A DNA stretch of 33,060 nt from an uncultured Christensenella sp. (GTDB lineage Bacteria > Bacillota > Clostridia > Christensenellales > UBA1242): the NCBI GenBank assembly GCA_964368395.1, contig CAYJAI010000004.1, positions 1-33,060 of the forward strand, given 5' to 3'. A model generated the notes under the pieces. That model was not told the DNA's origin. It made no database searches and worked only from the letters and a program-made list of their open reading frames with translations. Positions 14,476 to 23,426 of this stretch are shown here, piece after piece. Position 1 is the stretch's first letter, and each line of letters opens with the position of its first letter. A program made the translations under genes and the position numbers.

Positions 14476-16917
14476 TTGGAAAGTAATAAAAAAACCCAAA
14501 ATGGAAGAGGTGTAAGTTTTGATAATTTACGAACTTTATCTCAAATTAACAATAAAGAATTGTTGAAAATGGATAAAGATGTGAAACATTTGTTGGGGCA
14601 ACTGGAATCGGTAAGCAGAAATATTCGTGAACAAATCAAAGAAGTTAGTGATAATCGTGCTAAGTCGGTTGAAGTGAGTGAAATAGAAAAAGGGAAAGTT
14701 GTTCAGCAACCTGAGGTTGCACCTGTTCCGATTGAGGTCAAAAAACAAATAAATCAGCCACAGGCAGAAGTTAAGCAATGGCAGAGAAGGGATGGAGTGA
14801 AAACTGCCCCATCTCGTCCTCCTTTTGACCGCAATAAAAGACCACCTTTTCAAGAAAGAACTTCGTCAAGTTCTCCTCATTCTTCTTTTAATAAGAGTAA
14901 TACCCGAACACCCCCTCATCAGGAAAAAACTACTGAAACAAAAGTAACTTATCCTTCTACTCAAAAGAGAGTTTTTGATAAAAAGAAAGATAACGACAAA
15001 AGAAATAGAAACTCAGACCGTTTAGGTAAAGGTAAGCGTTCTAATGTTAGACAAGGTTTGCTGGAAGAAATTTATATCGCTGAGCGAATTATGGGAAGTC
15101 GTAAAATTAAATCTAAGAAATCTAAGATTGAAGAAGTAGTTATTTCAGCACCTATTGACTATGCTGTTATATCTACCGAAAATATTAGTGTGAAGCAGTT
15201 GTCCGAAAAGACGGGTCGTCCTATTTCAAATATATTAAAACAACTTATGGTTCTTGGAATTGTATCCAATGTGAATAGCGTAATAGATTTTACAACAGCG
15301 GAGTTGGTTGCTAGTGAGTTGGGCGTAGTTTTAGAGCAAAAGATTGAAAAGACTTATGAGGAAAAGTTGGCTGATGTCTTTACACCTGAGGTTTTAGAAG
15401 AAAACGCTGTGCTTGAATCCCGTCCTCCTATTGTTGCGGTGTTGGGGCATGTAGACCACGGAAAAACTTCCTTATTAGACTATATACGCAATTCACACAT
15501 AGCAGTTGGTGAGGCAGGAGGAATAACTCAGCATATATCCGCCTATCAAATAGAAAAGAATGATAAAAAAATAACCTTTATAGACACCCCGGGGCACGAG
15601 GCTTTTAGTGGAATGCGTGAAAGAGGTGCTAGTGTTACTGATATAGCAGTTTTGGTGATTGCCGGAGATGATGGAATAAAGCCTCAAACAGTGGAAGCGA
15701 TAGAGCATATTAAAAAGGCAAAAGTTCCGGTGATTGTTGCTGTAAATAAAATGGATAAACCTGAGTTTAATTTAGAGCGAGTTAAACAACAGTTAACTGA
15801 GTATGAGTTAGTTGCTGAGGAATGGGGAGGGGATACTTTGGTAGTCCCAATTTCTGCCTTGACCGGAGAGGGTATTGAGAAATTGATAGAAATGATTCTG
15901 CTTGTTTCGGATATGCAAGAATTAAAATCAGACCGGACAGCGCAAGCCAGAGGTATGATAATTGAGTCGAAATTAGACAAGGGTAAAGGTCCGATAGCAA
16001 CGCTTATTGTCTTAAATGGTACATTAAAAGTAGGGGATACCATTATTTCAGGTGTTCACGCGGGAAAAGTCCGTGCTTTAATTAAGGACAATGGAACAAA
16101 TATTAAAAAAGCACTTCCGAGCACGCCTGTTTCCTTGTTGGGATTAGATGGTTTGCCTGATGTTGGAGATAATGTATACTCTGTTGATGATAAAATGAGT
16201 AAGCAGGTTTTAGCCGAAAGAAAACGAAAGGTGCAGACAGATAAAATTAACAGTAAGGCTAAATTTTCTATGGAAGAATTTTTAGCAAAAGACTTAGGCG
16301 CTGAAAAGAAAGTTTTAAATGTTATAGTTAAGGCGGATGTTCAAGGAGCGTTCGAAGCCTTAGTAGAGAAAATGAATGCGGTTCAGAATGATGAGGTTCG
16401 AGTTGAGTGCATACACGGGGGAGTGGGAAGGATAAATGAAAATGATGTTCTGCTTGCACAATCCTCAAATGCCCTATTGATAGGTTTTAATGTAAAGCCA
16501 GAAAGTAAAGCCTCTGTTATAATTGAACACAGCAAAACGCCTGTTTTCATTTCAAAAGTAATTTATCATATAATTGAGCACGTGGAAAAAGTTATCAAGG
16601 GTATGAGAGAACCAATCTTTGAGGAACGCATAATAGGTTCAGCAGAGGTTATACGAATTTTCAAAATCAGTCGTATAGGAACTATTGCTGGTTGCGTGGT
16701 TAAAGATGGTAAAATCACTAAGAATAGTAAGTTACGCCTGCATCGAGAAGGTAAGCAGTTGGTGGATACTGGAATAACCACTTTACAAAAAGAGAAAAAT
16801 GATGCAAAAGAAGTTGTTGCAGGTATGGAGTGCGGAATTAAAATGGAAGGGCATAATGATATCTTAGTGGGCGACATTCTTCAAGCCTATGTGATTGAAG
16901 AGGTTGAAAGAGATTAA
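14476..16917 (+). CDS. infB: Translation initiation factor IF-2
   Basis: TTG start 6 nt after GGTGAGGAG. G domain [28 protein letters not shown]. Basic, Pro-rich N-terminal region. Confidence 0.96.
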   Translation: MESNKKTQNGRGVSFDNLRTLSQINNKELLKMDKDVKHLLGQLESVSRNIREQIKEVSDNRAKSVEVSEIEKGKVVQQPEVAPVPIEVKKQINQPQAEVKQWQRRDGVKTAPSRPPFDRNKRPPFQERTSSSSPHSSFNKSNTRTPPHQEKTTETKVTYPSTQKRVFDKKKDNDKRNRNSDRLGKGKRSNVRQGLLEEIYIAERIMGSRKIKSKKSKIEEVVISAPIDYAVISTENISVKQLSEKTGRPISNILKQLMVLGIVSNVNSVIDFTTAELVASELGVVLEQKIEKTYEEKLADVFTPEVLEENAVLESRPPIVAVLGHVDHGKTSLLDYIRNSHIAVGEAGGITQHISAYQIEKNDKKITFIDTPGHEAFSGMRERGASVTDIAVLVIAGDDGIKPQTVEAIEHIKKAKVPVIVAVNKMDKPEFNLERVKQQLTEYELVAEEWGGDTLVVPISALTGEGIEKLIEMILLVSDMQELKSDRTAQARGMIIESKLDKGKGPIATLIVLNGTLKVGDTIISGVHAGKVRALIKDNGTNIKKALPSTPVSLLGLDGLPDVGDNVYSVDDKMSKQVLAERKRKVQTDKINSKAKFSMEEFLAKDLGAEKKVLNVIVKADVQGAFEALVEKMNAVQNDEVRVECIHGGVGRINENDVLLAQSSNALLIGFNVKPESKASVIIEHSKTPVFISKVIYHIIEHVEKVIKGMREPIFEERIIGSAEVIRIFKISRIGTIAGCVVKDGKITKNSKLRLHREGKQLVDTGITTLQKEKNDAKEVVAGMECGIKMEGHNDILVGDILQAYVIEEVERD

Positions 16918-16954
16918 GCAATAAAAACTTGTATGTGGTAAAAGGCGGAACATT

Positions 16955-17311
16955 ATGAGCAGTAAATTAGAGCGAATAAACGCAGAGATAAAAAAAACTT
17001 TGAGTATTATTTTGGCAAATCAGTTGCGTGACCCGAGAATTTCGGGAATGGTTACTATTGTTCAAGTCGGTGTCAGTGCAGATTTAAGCAACTGTAAGGT
17101 TTTTGTTAGTGTTTTGGCTAAAAATGAAGCAGAAGAACAGGAAACTTTTAAGACACTGCAATCCAGTTCTTCTTATATTAGAAAAAATCTTGCAAAAAAA
17201 TTGAATTTACGGATAACGCCTGCTTTACATTTTCTTTTAGACCAAAGTTGGAAAGAGAGTGAGAAAATGGACAGGCTTTTGTCCAGTATTGACATACCAA
17301 AAGGGGAGTAA
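16955..17311 (+). CDS. rbfA: Ribosome-binding factor A
   Basis: RINAEIKKTLSIIL...DPRI...VTIVQVGVSADLSNCKVFVS is the RbfA pattern. Confidence 0.9.
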   Translation: MSSKLERINAEIKKTLSIILANQLRDPRISGMVTIVQVGVSADLSNCKVFVSVLAKNEAEEQETFKTLQSSSSYIRKNLAKKLNLRITPALHFLLDQSWKESEKMDRLLSSIDIPKGE

Positions 17312-17312
17312 A

Positions 17313-18275
17313 ATGCGTTTTCTGACTGAGTTAAAAAAGGGGATACAAGAAGGGGAGAGCATTGCTATTTTCACTCATAAAAGCAATGACCACGACACTA
17401 TTTGTTCGGCGTTAGCGCTGAAAAAAATAATAGAACAGATGGGTAAAAACAGTGTAGTTTTTGTGGATAAAATGCCTAATGAGGGAATTATGAGATTTGT
17501 TCACAATCAAAGTTTTGAAATATCCTCAGAGAAAAAGTTTGATGTTGGTATCACGGTAGACTGTTCTCAATTAAAAATGCTCGGTGAAGAAAGTTCTAAG
17601 GTTTTTAATGCTTGTGCAAAAACTTTTAATATTGACCACCACCAAGATAATGGTAAGTTTGCCAAATATAACTGGGTTAAAAAAGGCTGGTCAAGTTGTT
17701 GCGAAGTGTTATATTGGCTTTTTAAAAACCATATAGCAATGGATAGTGAGATAGCCGAATTGCTATATGCTGGGATATACATGGATTGTGGCGCTTTCAC
17801 TTATTCCTCTGCGAATGCGAAAACGCATCGTTGTGTAGGTGATTTGATGAGATACTGCCCTAATATCAACGAAAATTTTTTTGTATGTTTTGGTATAAGT
17901 GGACAAGAGAATTTTGCAATAACCAAAAAAGCCTTTAAATCGGTTAAATTTTATTCTAATAAACAAATTGCCGTTTCAGTTCTGTATAAGCAAGATTTTG
18001 AAGACTGTAAATGCAAAAGGGAGGATGGAAAGTTTATTCTTTCTTATCTTCACAATGTCAAAGGTGTCCTAATTGCTATCAGCATAAGTGAGGACAAAGA
18101 GAATGAGTGGCGTGTAAGTTTGCGTTCGCGTTCTTCAAATGTAAATGTTGCAAATATTGCACATCGCTTTAATGGTGGGGGGCATATTCAAGCCTCTGGG
18201 TTGACTTTAAAGGGAAAGTTGGATAAAGCCCTAAATGCTTTGCTGGCTGAATGCCGTAAGGAGTTGCGTAGGTGA
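17313..18275 (+). CDS. nrnA: DHH/DHHA1 phosphoesterase (NrnA-like oligoribonuclease / pAp phosphatase)
   Basis: DHDT, NIDHHQDN and GGGH motifs. ATG 17313 follows SD AAGGGGAG. The track start at 17259 overlaps rbfA and is unlikely. Confidence 0.82.
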   Translation: MRFLTELKKGIQEGESIAIFTHKSNDHDTICSALALKKIIEQMGKNSVVFVDKMPNEGIMRFVHNQSFEISSEKKFDVGITVDCSQLKMLGEESSKVFNACAKTFNIDHHQDNGKFAKYNWVKKGWSSCCEVLYWLFKNHIAMDSEIAELLYAGIYMDCGAFTYSSANAKTHRCVGDLMRYCPNINENFFVCFGISGQENFAITKKAFKSVKFYSNKQIAVSVLYKQDFEDCKCKREDGKFILSYLHNVKGVLIAISISEDKENEWRVSLRSRSSNVNVANIAHRFNGGGHIQASGLTLKGKLDKALNALLAECRKELRR

Positions 18276-19135
18276 ATGGTTTTTTTAATATAAATAAGAC
18301 TTTTGGAATTAGTTCAGCAAAAGCAATTTGGTTATTGAAAAATAAGTTAAATATCACAGACAAAATAGGGCATATGGGGACTTTGGACCCCTTTGCGACA
18401 GGTGTTTTAGTAGTGGGGGTTGGTCGTGCTAACCGCTTATTTAATTTAATGCTGGGCAAAAGAAAAACATATCGGACTACTTTTGAATTTGGATTTCAGA
18501 CAGCAAGTTTGGATATGGAAAGTGAGGAAATTGTTGCCCGCTCAGAAAAAATCCCTACAAAGATAGAAGTTGAGCAAAATTTATCTAAAATGCAGGGCAA
18601 GCAAAAACAAACTGCTCCACAATATTCGGCTAAAAAAATACAAGGACTTCGTGCTTACAATCTTGCCCGTAAAGGTGAGGTTGCGGATATAAAGCCTCAT
18701 AGCATTGAGATTTATTCCTTTAAACTGCTTGAACAAAAAAGTGAAAAAGCATTTGTTTTTGAAATAGAATGTAGCGGTGGGACATATATCCGCAGTATTT
18801 GCCGTGACCTTGCAGAAAAGATGGGCACAGTGGCGACTATGACAGCCTTAGTTCGCACTCAGTGTGGTCCGTTTGCTCTACAAGATAGTAAAAATATAGA
18901 GGATTTAAGTGAAAAAGATTTAACACCCATTGATTTTGTGGGACAACATCTTCCCTTATTGAAACTTTCTGTTCAAGACTTAAAAAGAATTAAAAATGGC
19001 ATAAAAATATGTTATAATGGAAGTGTTGGGCAATATAGGGTAGAGAATGAAGGGCGGTTTATAGGAGTTGCCACCGTTCAGGAAAATAAGGAAATCAAAA
19101 TAAATTGGTTGCTTTCTATTGATGCTTTGCTTTGA
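18272..19135 (+). CDS. truB: tRNA pseudouridine-55 synthase
   Basis: GHMGTLDPFATGVLVVGVGRANRL catalytic motif. GTG start overlaps the nrnA stop. Confidence 0.93.
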   Translation: MNGFFNINKTFGISSAKAIWLLKNKLNITDKIGHMGTLDPFATGVLVVGVGRANRLFNLMLGKRKTYRTTFEFGFQTASLDMESEEIVARSEKIPTKIEVEQNLSKMQGKQKQTAPQYSAKKIQGLRAYNLARKGEVADIKPHSIEIYSFKLLEQKSEKAFVFEIECSGGTYIRSICRDLAEKMGTVATMTALVRTQCGPFALQDSKNIEDLSEKDLTPIDFVGQHLPLLKLSVQDLKRIKNGIKICYNGSVGQYRVENEGRFIGVATVQENKEIKINWLLSIDALL

Positions 19136-19384
19136 TTATAAATTAAAGTTATTAAACCAAAAAGGTAAGAGTGTGTTTGCTAGTTAGAGCTTATCTCTTT
19201 CCTAAGATTGAGATGAAAAAATAGTTTTAGCGGTTATGTTTTATACTCAATACAAAAACAAGATAGAAAAGATGAAAACTTTTATTTTGCCAAAGTTAAG
19301 AATATACAGCCATATAATGGTGTGAAAGATAAAATATAAAACAAATTAGAAAGATATAAAAAAGGATAAGGTAAGGGAGAAATT

Positions 19385-20236
19385 ATGGTAAGATTTGGAC
19401 CATCGGGAAATTGTGATAAGTTTTATAGTTTAGGTTATAAGGATAGTATTCAGTCGCCGGAATGGTTGAGGTCGCAGGGGCTTTCTGCATATGAATACAG
19501 TTTTACGCTAGGGCGTTTTCCAAGTGAAGAGCGTTCAAAAGCAATGCGTGAGCAGGCGGAAAAACACGATATTCAGATAAGCGTGCACGCACCTTACTAT
19601 ATAAATTTTTGCAACATAAGTGATGAAGCACAGGAAAATAATTTCAAGTTTTTGCTTAACAGTTTACGCGGGGTTAAAATGTTGGGAGGAAAGCGTTGTG
19701 TAGTGCATATGGGTTCAACATTGAAAATGGAGCGCGAAGAGGCTTTTTTCAACTTAAAGAAAAATTTTAATGAATTTTTACAAGAATTTTATCGTCAAGG
19801 CTTAAACGAAAGCACGGTAATTGCACCCGAAACTATGGGGAAATATTCATATATAGGCACAGTGGATGAAATTTTAGAGGTGGCAAGTTGGGATAAATGT
19901 ATTGTTCCGTGTTTTGATTTTGGGCATATAAATTCTTTAATGCAGGGAGCGTTAAAGAGTAAAGAGGATTTTTTTAAAATCTTTGAAAAGTCCATAGACA
20001 AGTTGGGTTTTGATAAAATAGACAAGTGTCATATCCATTTTTCCAAAATTAAATATGGTAAAAAGGGCGAACTTGCTCACTTAACTTTTGAAGATAAAGA
20101 ATATGGTCCAGACTATGAACCTTTTATTGAAGTGATAAAAGACCTAAAAATTAACCCTGTAATTATTTGTGAATCAAAAGGAACTCAGACAGAAGATGCC
20201 GCAACTATGAAAAAATATTTTGATAGTTTAAAGTAA
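19385..20236 (+). CDS. Endonuclease IV-like TIM-barrel protein (AP endonuclease family 2), divergent
   Basis: SVHAPYYINFCN, CVVHMGS, APETMG, CFDFGHIN, CHIHFS and ICESKG follow the order of the Nfo metal-ligand motifs. SD AAGGGAG. Confidence 0.65.
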   Translation: MVRFGPSGNCDKFYSLGYKDSIQSPEWLRSQGLSAYEYSFTLGRFPSEERSKAMREQAEKHDIQISVHAPYYINFCNISDEAQENNFKFLLNSLRGVKMLGGKRCVVHMGSTLKMEREEAFFNLKKNFNEFLQEFYRQGLNESTVIAPETMGKYSYIGTVDEILEVASWDKCIVPCFDFGHINSLMQGALKSKEDFFKIFEKSIDKLGFDKIDKCHIHFSKIKYGKKGELAHLTFEDKEYGPDYEPFIEVIKDLKINPVIICESKGTQTEDAATMKKYFDSLK

Positions 20237-20278
20237 TGTAAGTCAAGGTTAAAGTATTTTTATATTAAAAATAAATTT

Positions 20279-20402
20279 ATATTTTAAAAAGTGTTTTGAT
20301 AACTTTATAATTAGAACCATATTTAAATAATTTGAACTAATAAAATAACCTTATAATTTTAAGTAAGCATATTTTAAAAAGTGTTTTGATAACTTTATAA
20401 TT
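20279..20402. repeat. Perfect 34-bp direct repeat at 90-bp period, with degenerate further copies downstream
   Basis: ATATTTTAAAAAGTGTTTTGATAACTTTATAATT at 20279-20312 and 20369-20402. A related TTTAAAAAAGTATTTTGATATTTTGAA lies near 20473. Confidence 0.9.
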
Positions 20403-20486
20403 TAAAGCAATCATATTTTTAAGCGAATGGATATTCTAGATAAATTGAACGAATTTCGAAGTATTTTTATAGTTTAAAAAAGTATT

Positions 20487-20514
20487 TTGATATTTTGAAG
20501 AAATTTGATATAAT
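20487..20514 (+). promoter_or_regulatory. sigma-A promoter candidate for efp
   Basis: TTGATA 20487-20492, 16-nt spacer, TGaTATAAT (TATAAT 20509-20514). Confidence 0.55.
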
Positions 20515-20541
20515 GTATATATAATTTAAGGAGGATGAGAG

Positions 20542-21099
20542 ATGATTTCAGCAGGCGATTTAAGAAAAGGAATGTGTTTTGAGCGTAATGGACAAATCTT
20601 TTCAGTAAGTGATTTTGAACATAATAAACACGGGCGAGGAAGTGCGGTTGTTTGGATAAAAATGAAAAATGTTCAAACGGGAGCAGTGGTTGAGGATACT
20701 TTTAATCCAACCGATAAATTCCCTCAGGTTTCATTTACAGAGAAAGAAATGACCTATTTGTATAATGATGGTGAGTTGTATTATATTATGGACCCTGAAA
20801 CTTTTGACCAAACCCCTTATGATAAAAAGTTAGTTGAGGATGCTTTGCCTTATCTTTTGGAAAACACTAGTGTTTTTGTCAAGTTTTTCAGAGACCAAGT
20901 TTTCAGCATCAGCCCGCCTTTATTTGTGGTATTAGAGGTTACCGAATGCGAGCCGGGGCTTCAAGGGGATACCACCAAAGCCTCTTTCAAACCTTCAAAG
21001 GTGGAAACAGGTTTAAGCGTTCAAGTTCCTTTATTTGTCAATAAAGGTGATAAAATAAAGGTGGACACACGCACCGGAGAGTATGTCGAGCGTATGTAG
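20542..21099 (+). CDS. efp: Translation elongation factor P (Arg at loop-tip position 32)
   Basis: Full-length colinear match by eye to B. subtilis EF-P. SD AAGGAGG. Loop sequence HNKHGRGSAVV. Confidence 0.93.
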   Translation: MISAGDLRKGMCFERNGQIFSVSDFEHNKHGRGSAVVWIKMKNVQTGAVVEDTFNPTDKFPQVSFTEKEMTYLYNDGELYYIMDPETFDQTPYDKKLVEDALPYLLENTSVFVKFFRDQVFSISPPLFVVLEVTECEPGLQGDTTKASFKPSKVETGLSVQVPLFVNKGDKIKVDTRTGEYVERM

Positions 21100-21327
21100 T
21101 CAAGTTCATTTGAATAAAATTCTATTGCTAATACTCTAAAAAATCAAGTAAACAAATAATATAATACTAAAAAGTGATAAAAAACAGGGATTGCACGCAC
21201 AAGAGCGTATGCAGTTTGTGGTTTTACTATTTATACTATATGCTTGTGTAAATTCAATTTCGGCTTTAAGGGCACAACTCTTAGTTTTAACCATTCTATC
21301 ATCACATTTTTTATATTTATTTAGAAG

Positions 21328-21356
21328 AAGAACACTATTTTCGTGTTCTTTTTTTG
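21328..21356 (+). terminator. Rho-independent terminator ~230 bp downstream of the efp stop
   Basis: (AA)GAACAC / GTGTTC(TT) stem, 7-nt loop, T7 run. Confidence 0.65.
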
Positions 21357-21357
21357 T

Positions 21358-21386
21358 TCTATTTAATATGGCTCGTCCATATAAAT
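21358..21386 (+). promoter_or_regulatory. Possible sigma-E type promoter for the spoIIIA operon
   Basis: TCTATTT at 21358-21364 and CATATAAAT at 21378-21386 resemble the sigma-E -35 ATA / -10 CATACA-T pattern. Judged by eye only. Confidence 0.3.
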
Positions 21387-21404
21387 AGTTCAAGGAGGAT
21401 AGAT

Positions 21405-22319
21405 ATGTTCAACGGGATTTTGCCTGAAAAAATCAATCGTGCTTTGGACTGCTTGCAACATAAGGGTATACGGGAAATTCGAATTCGCGTGGGCTATCCT
21501 ATTATAGTAGATTTTGGTGCTTTGTATTTTTTAGGGGAAACAGGAATTGTTGATGATGCTCATAAAGCATTAACCTGTTCGTTTAGGGAACTGCAAGATA
21601 TTGTTTTCAAGGCTTGTGAATGCTCAGTATACGCTCATAATGAAGAATTAAAAATGGGCTATGTTACGCTATCAGGTGGACAGAGGGTTGGAATTTGTGG
21701 AGAGTTGGTTTTTGAAAACGGGTATGTGAAAACCCTAAAAAACTTTTCTTCGGTAAATATTCGTATTCCTCACCAAATTAAGAACTGCTCTTTAAACGCT
21801 CTATCATATTTATACAATGAGAATAAAGTTTATAATACTTTAATAATCTCTCCTCCGGGGGCAGGGAAAACAACTTTTTTAAGAGATTTATGCTGTCAAC
21901 TTTCAAATAAGTTTATTGTGAAAAATATTTTAGTGATTGATGAACGAGGCGAAATTGCAAGTTGTCTTAACGGACAGCCACAAATGAATGTTGGAATGAC
22001 CACAGATGTTTACACTCACTGCACAAAAAGTTTTGGTTTAGAAAATGGTATCCGAACACTATCGCCCGAAGTGATTGCTATGGATGAATTGGCAAAGCCC
22101 GCAGATGTTGAAGCACTTAACTATGCAATAGGTGCCGGAGTGAAAATTTTAGCCACTGCTCACGCTACCAACATAGAGGATTTTCTAAAAAGACCTTACC
22201 TAAAACCGCTAGTAAAAGAAAAAGTTTTTGAAAGGGTGGTTGTTTTGTCTACTCGAAATGGAGCAGGAACTTTGGAGGGAATCTATAACGAAAATCAAAT
22301 TTGTATCAATGGTTTTTAA
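21405..22319 (+). CDS. spoIIIAA: Stage III sporulation protein AA (ATPase)
   Basis: Walker A ISPPGAGKTTFLRDL, Walker B ILVIDERGE. SD AAGGAGG before ATG 21405. The track start at 21354 spans the terminator. Confidence 0.9.
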   Translation: MFNGILPEKINRALDCLQHKGIREIRIRVGYPIIVDFGALYFLGETGIVDDAHKALTCSFRELQDIVFKACECSVYAHNEELKMGYVTLSGGQRVGICGELVFENGYVKTLKNFSSVNIRIPHQIKNCSLNALSYLYNENKVYNTLIISPPGAGKTTFLRDLCCQLSNKFIVKNILVIDERGEIASCLNGQPQMNVGMTTDVYTHCTKSFGLENGIRTLSPEVIAMDELAKPADVEALNYAIGAGVKILATAHATNIEDFLKRPYLKPLVKEKVFERVVVLSTRNGAGTLEGIYNENQICINGF

Positions 22320-22330
22320 ACGGAGCAAAT

Positions 22331-22801
22331 ATGAATTTTTTAATTGCACTAATAGTTTTTTGTTGTATTTTTTATATTGGTTGGTTTTTTTATCAAAAAA
22401 CACGAAAAAAACTGGTTTTTTATAATGATTTTCTGCAATTTTGTGAAGTGTTGGAAACAGAGATAGGTTTTTTCCAAAATAAGTTAAAGCAGATATTTGA
22501 TAAAAAGGGTTACGGAAAGGATTTTTCTCTGGTTCTAAAAAACTTTTCGGATAAAGGTAATTTGGAAGAATGGGGTGGAGCACAAGGTGTATTGAATGAG
22601 AACGAGTTAAAAGATTTAAAAAACTTTTTTGATAAGTTGGGTAGAGTGGATAGCCTCACACAAACAAATGAGATTAGAAATTTTAAAAAGTTTTTACAGG
22701 AAAAAATTGAGGAAATTAAAACAGTTCAATTAAAAAAAGGTAAGTTAAATTTTAATCTTAGCATAATGTTTGGTTTGCTTGCTTTCATAATAATAATTTA
22801 A
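22331..22801 (+). CDS. spoIIIAB: Stage III sporulation protein AB
   Basis: N- and C-terminal TM helices flank a helical domain. Operon position. ATG 22331 after ACGGAG. Confidence 0.78.
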   Translation: MNFLIALIVFCCIFYIGWFFYQKTRKKLVFYNDFLQFCEVLETEIGFFQNKLKQIFDKKGYGKDFSLVLKNFSDKGNLEEWGGAQGVLNENELKDLKNFFDKLGRVDSLTQTNEIRNFKKFLQEKIEEIKTVQLKKGKLNFNLSIMFGLLAFIIII

Positions 22802-22815
22802 TTTTGGGGGAGAAG

Positions 22816-23013
22816 ATGGATGTTGAAATAATCTTAAAAATTGCGGGCATAGGAATTTTGGTTGCCGTGGTGGCACAGATTTTAAAACAGGCAGGCAAGG
22901 AGGAGATATCTACTTTGGTCACTTTGGCGGGGTTGGTTATAGTCTTGATTATGGTGGTGGATATGATAAGTGAATTGTTCAACACAGTTGGAAATTTATT
23001 TTATTTATTTTGA
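22816..23013 (+). CDS. spoIIIAC: Stage III sporulation protein AC
   Basis: MDVEIILKIAGIGILVAVVAQILKQAGKEE resembles B. subtilis SpoIIIAC. GGGGGAG SD before ATG 22816. Confidence 0.85.
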   Translation: MDVEIILKIAGIGILVAVVAQILKQAGKEEISTLVTLAGLVIVLIMVVDMISELFNTVGNLFYLF

Positions 23014-23036
23014 CATAAGCGGAGGTGTGCATAATT

Positions 23037-23426
23037 GTGGAGGAAATTTTCAAGATTATTGGCATTAGTTTAATCACCACCATAAGTGTTTTAATAGTCA
23101 AACCTACAAAGCCTGATATTGCTTTGGTTTTAGGTCTGGCAGGGAGTATCATAGTTTTTTTCTACATAGTGGACTTGCTTGAAAGTGTGTTGGGGCTGTT
23201 TGAATACATTATGCAAGCGACAAATTTAGATAGTGAACTTTTTACTTTGCTGATTAAAATTGTGGGTATTGGCTATATAACAGAATTTAGTGCACACATA
23301 TGTCAAGATAGCGGAAACAGCACTATGGCAAGTAAATTATTGCTGGCAGGAAAGTTGATTATTTTCGTGATGGCAATCCCTATTATTACCTCACTAGTTG
23401 AGTTAATTGTGAGCATAATGCCGTGA
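23037..23426 (+). CDS. spoIIIAD: Stage III sporulation protein AD
   Basis: Four TM segments with YITEFSAHICQDSGNSTMASKLLLAGKLIIFVMAIPI, similar to SpoIIIAD. Start is GTG 23037 (SD GGAGGTG) or GTG 23025. Confidence 0.83.
   Translation: MEEIFKIIGISLITTISVLIVKPTKPDIALVLGLAGSIIVFFYIVDLLESVLGLFEYIMQATNLDSELFTLLIKIVGIGYITEFSAHICQDSGNSTMASKLLLAGKLIIFVMAIPIITSLVELIVSIMP

Noticed and set aside
17462-17470. Perfect DnaA box TGTGGATAA (reverse complement TTATCCACA)
   Set aside because: It is a single isolated copy inside the nrnA coding sequence with no cluster or AT-rich unwinding element. It is expected by chance.
21136-21393. 85-aa minus ORF and 65-aa plus ORF (21191-21388) between efp and spoIIIAA
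   Set aside because: Neither has an SD. The plus ORF reads through an intrinsic terminator and into the spoIIIA promoter/SD region. Neither resembles YqhV/DUF2619, which occupies this slot in B. subtilis.
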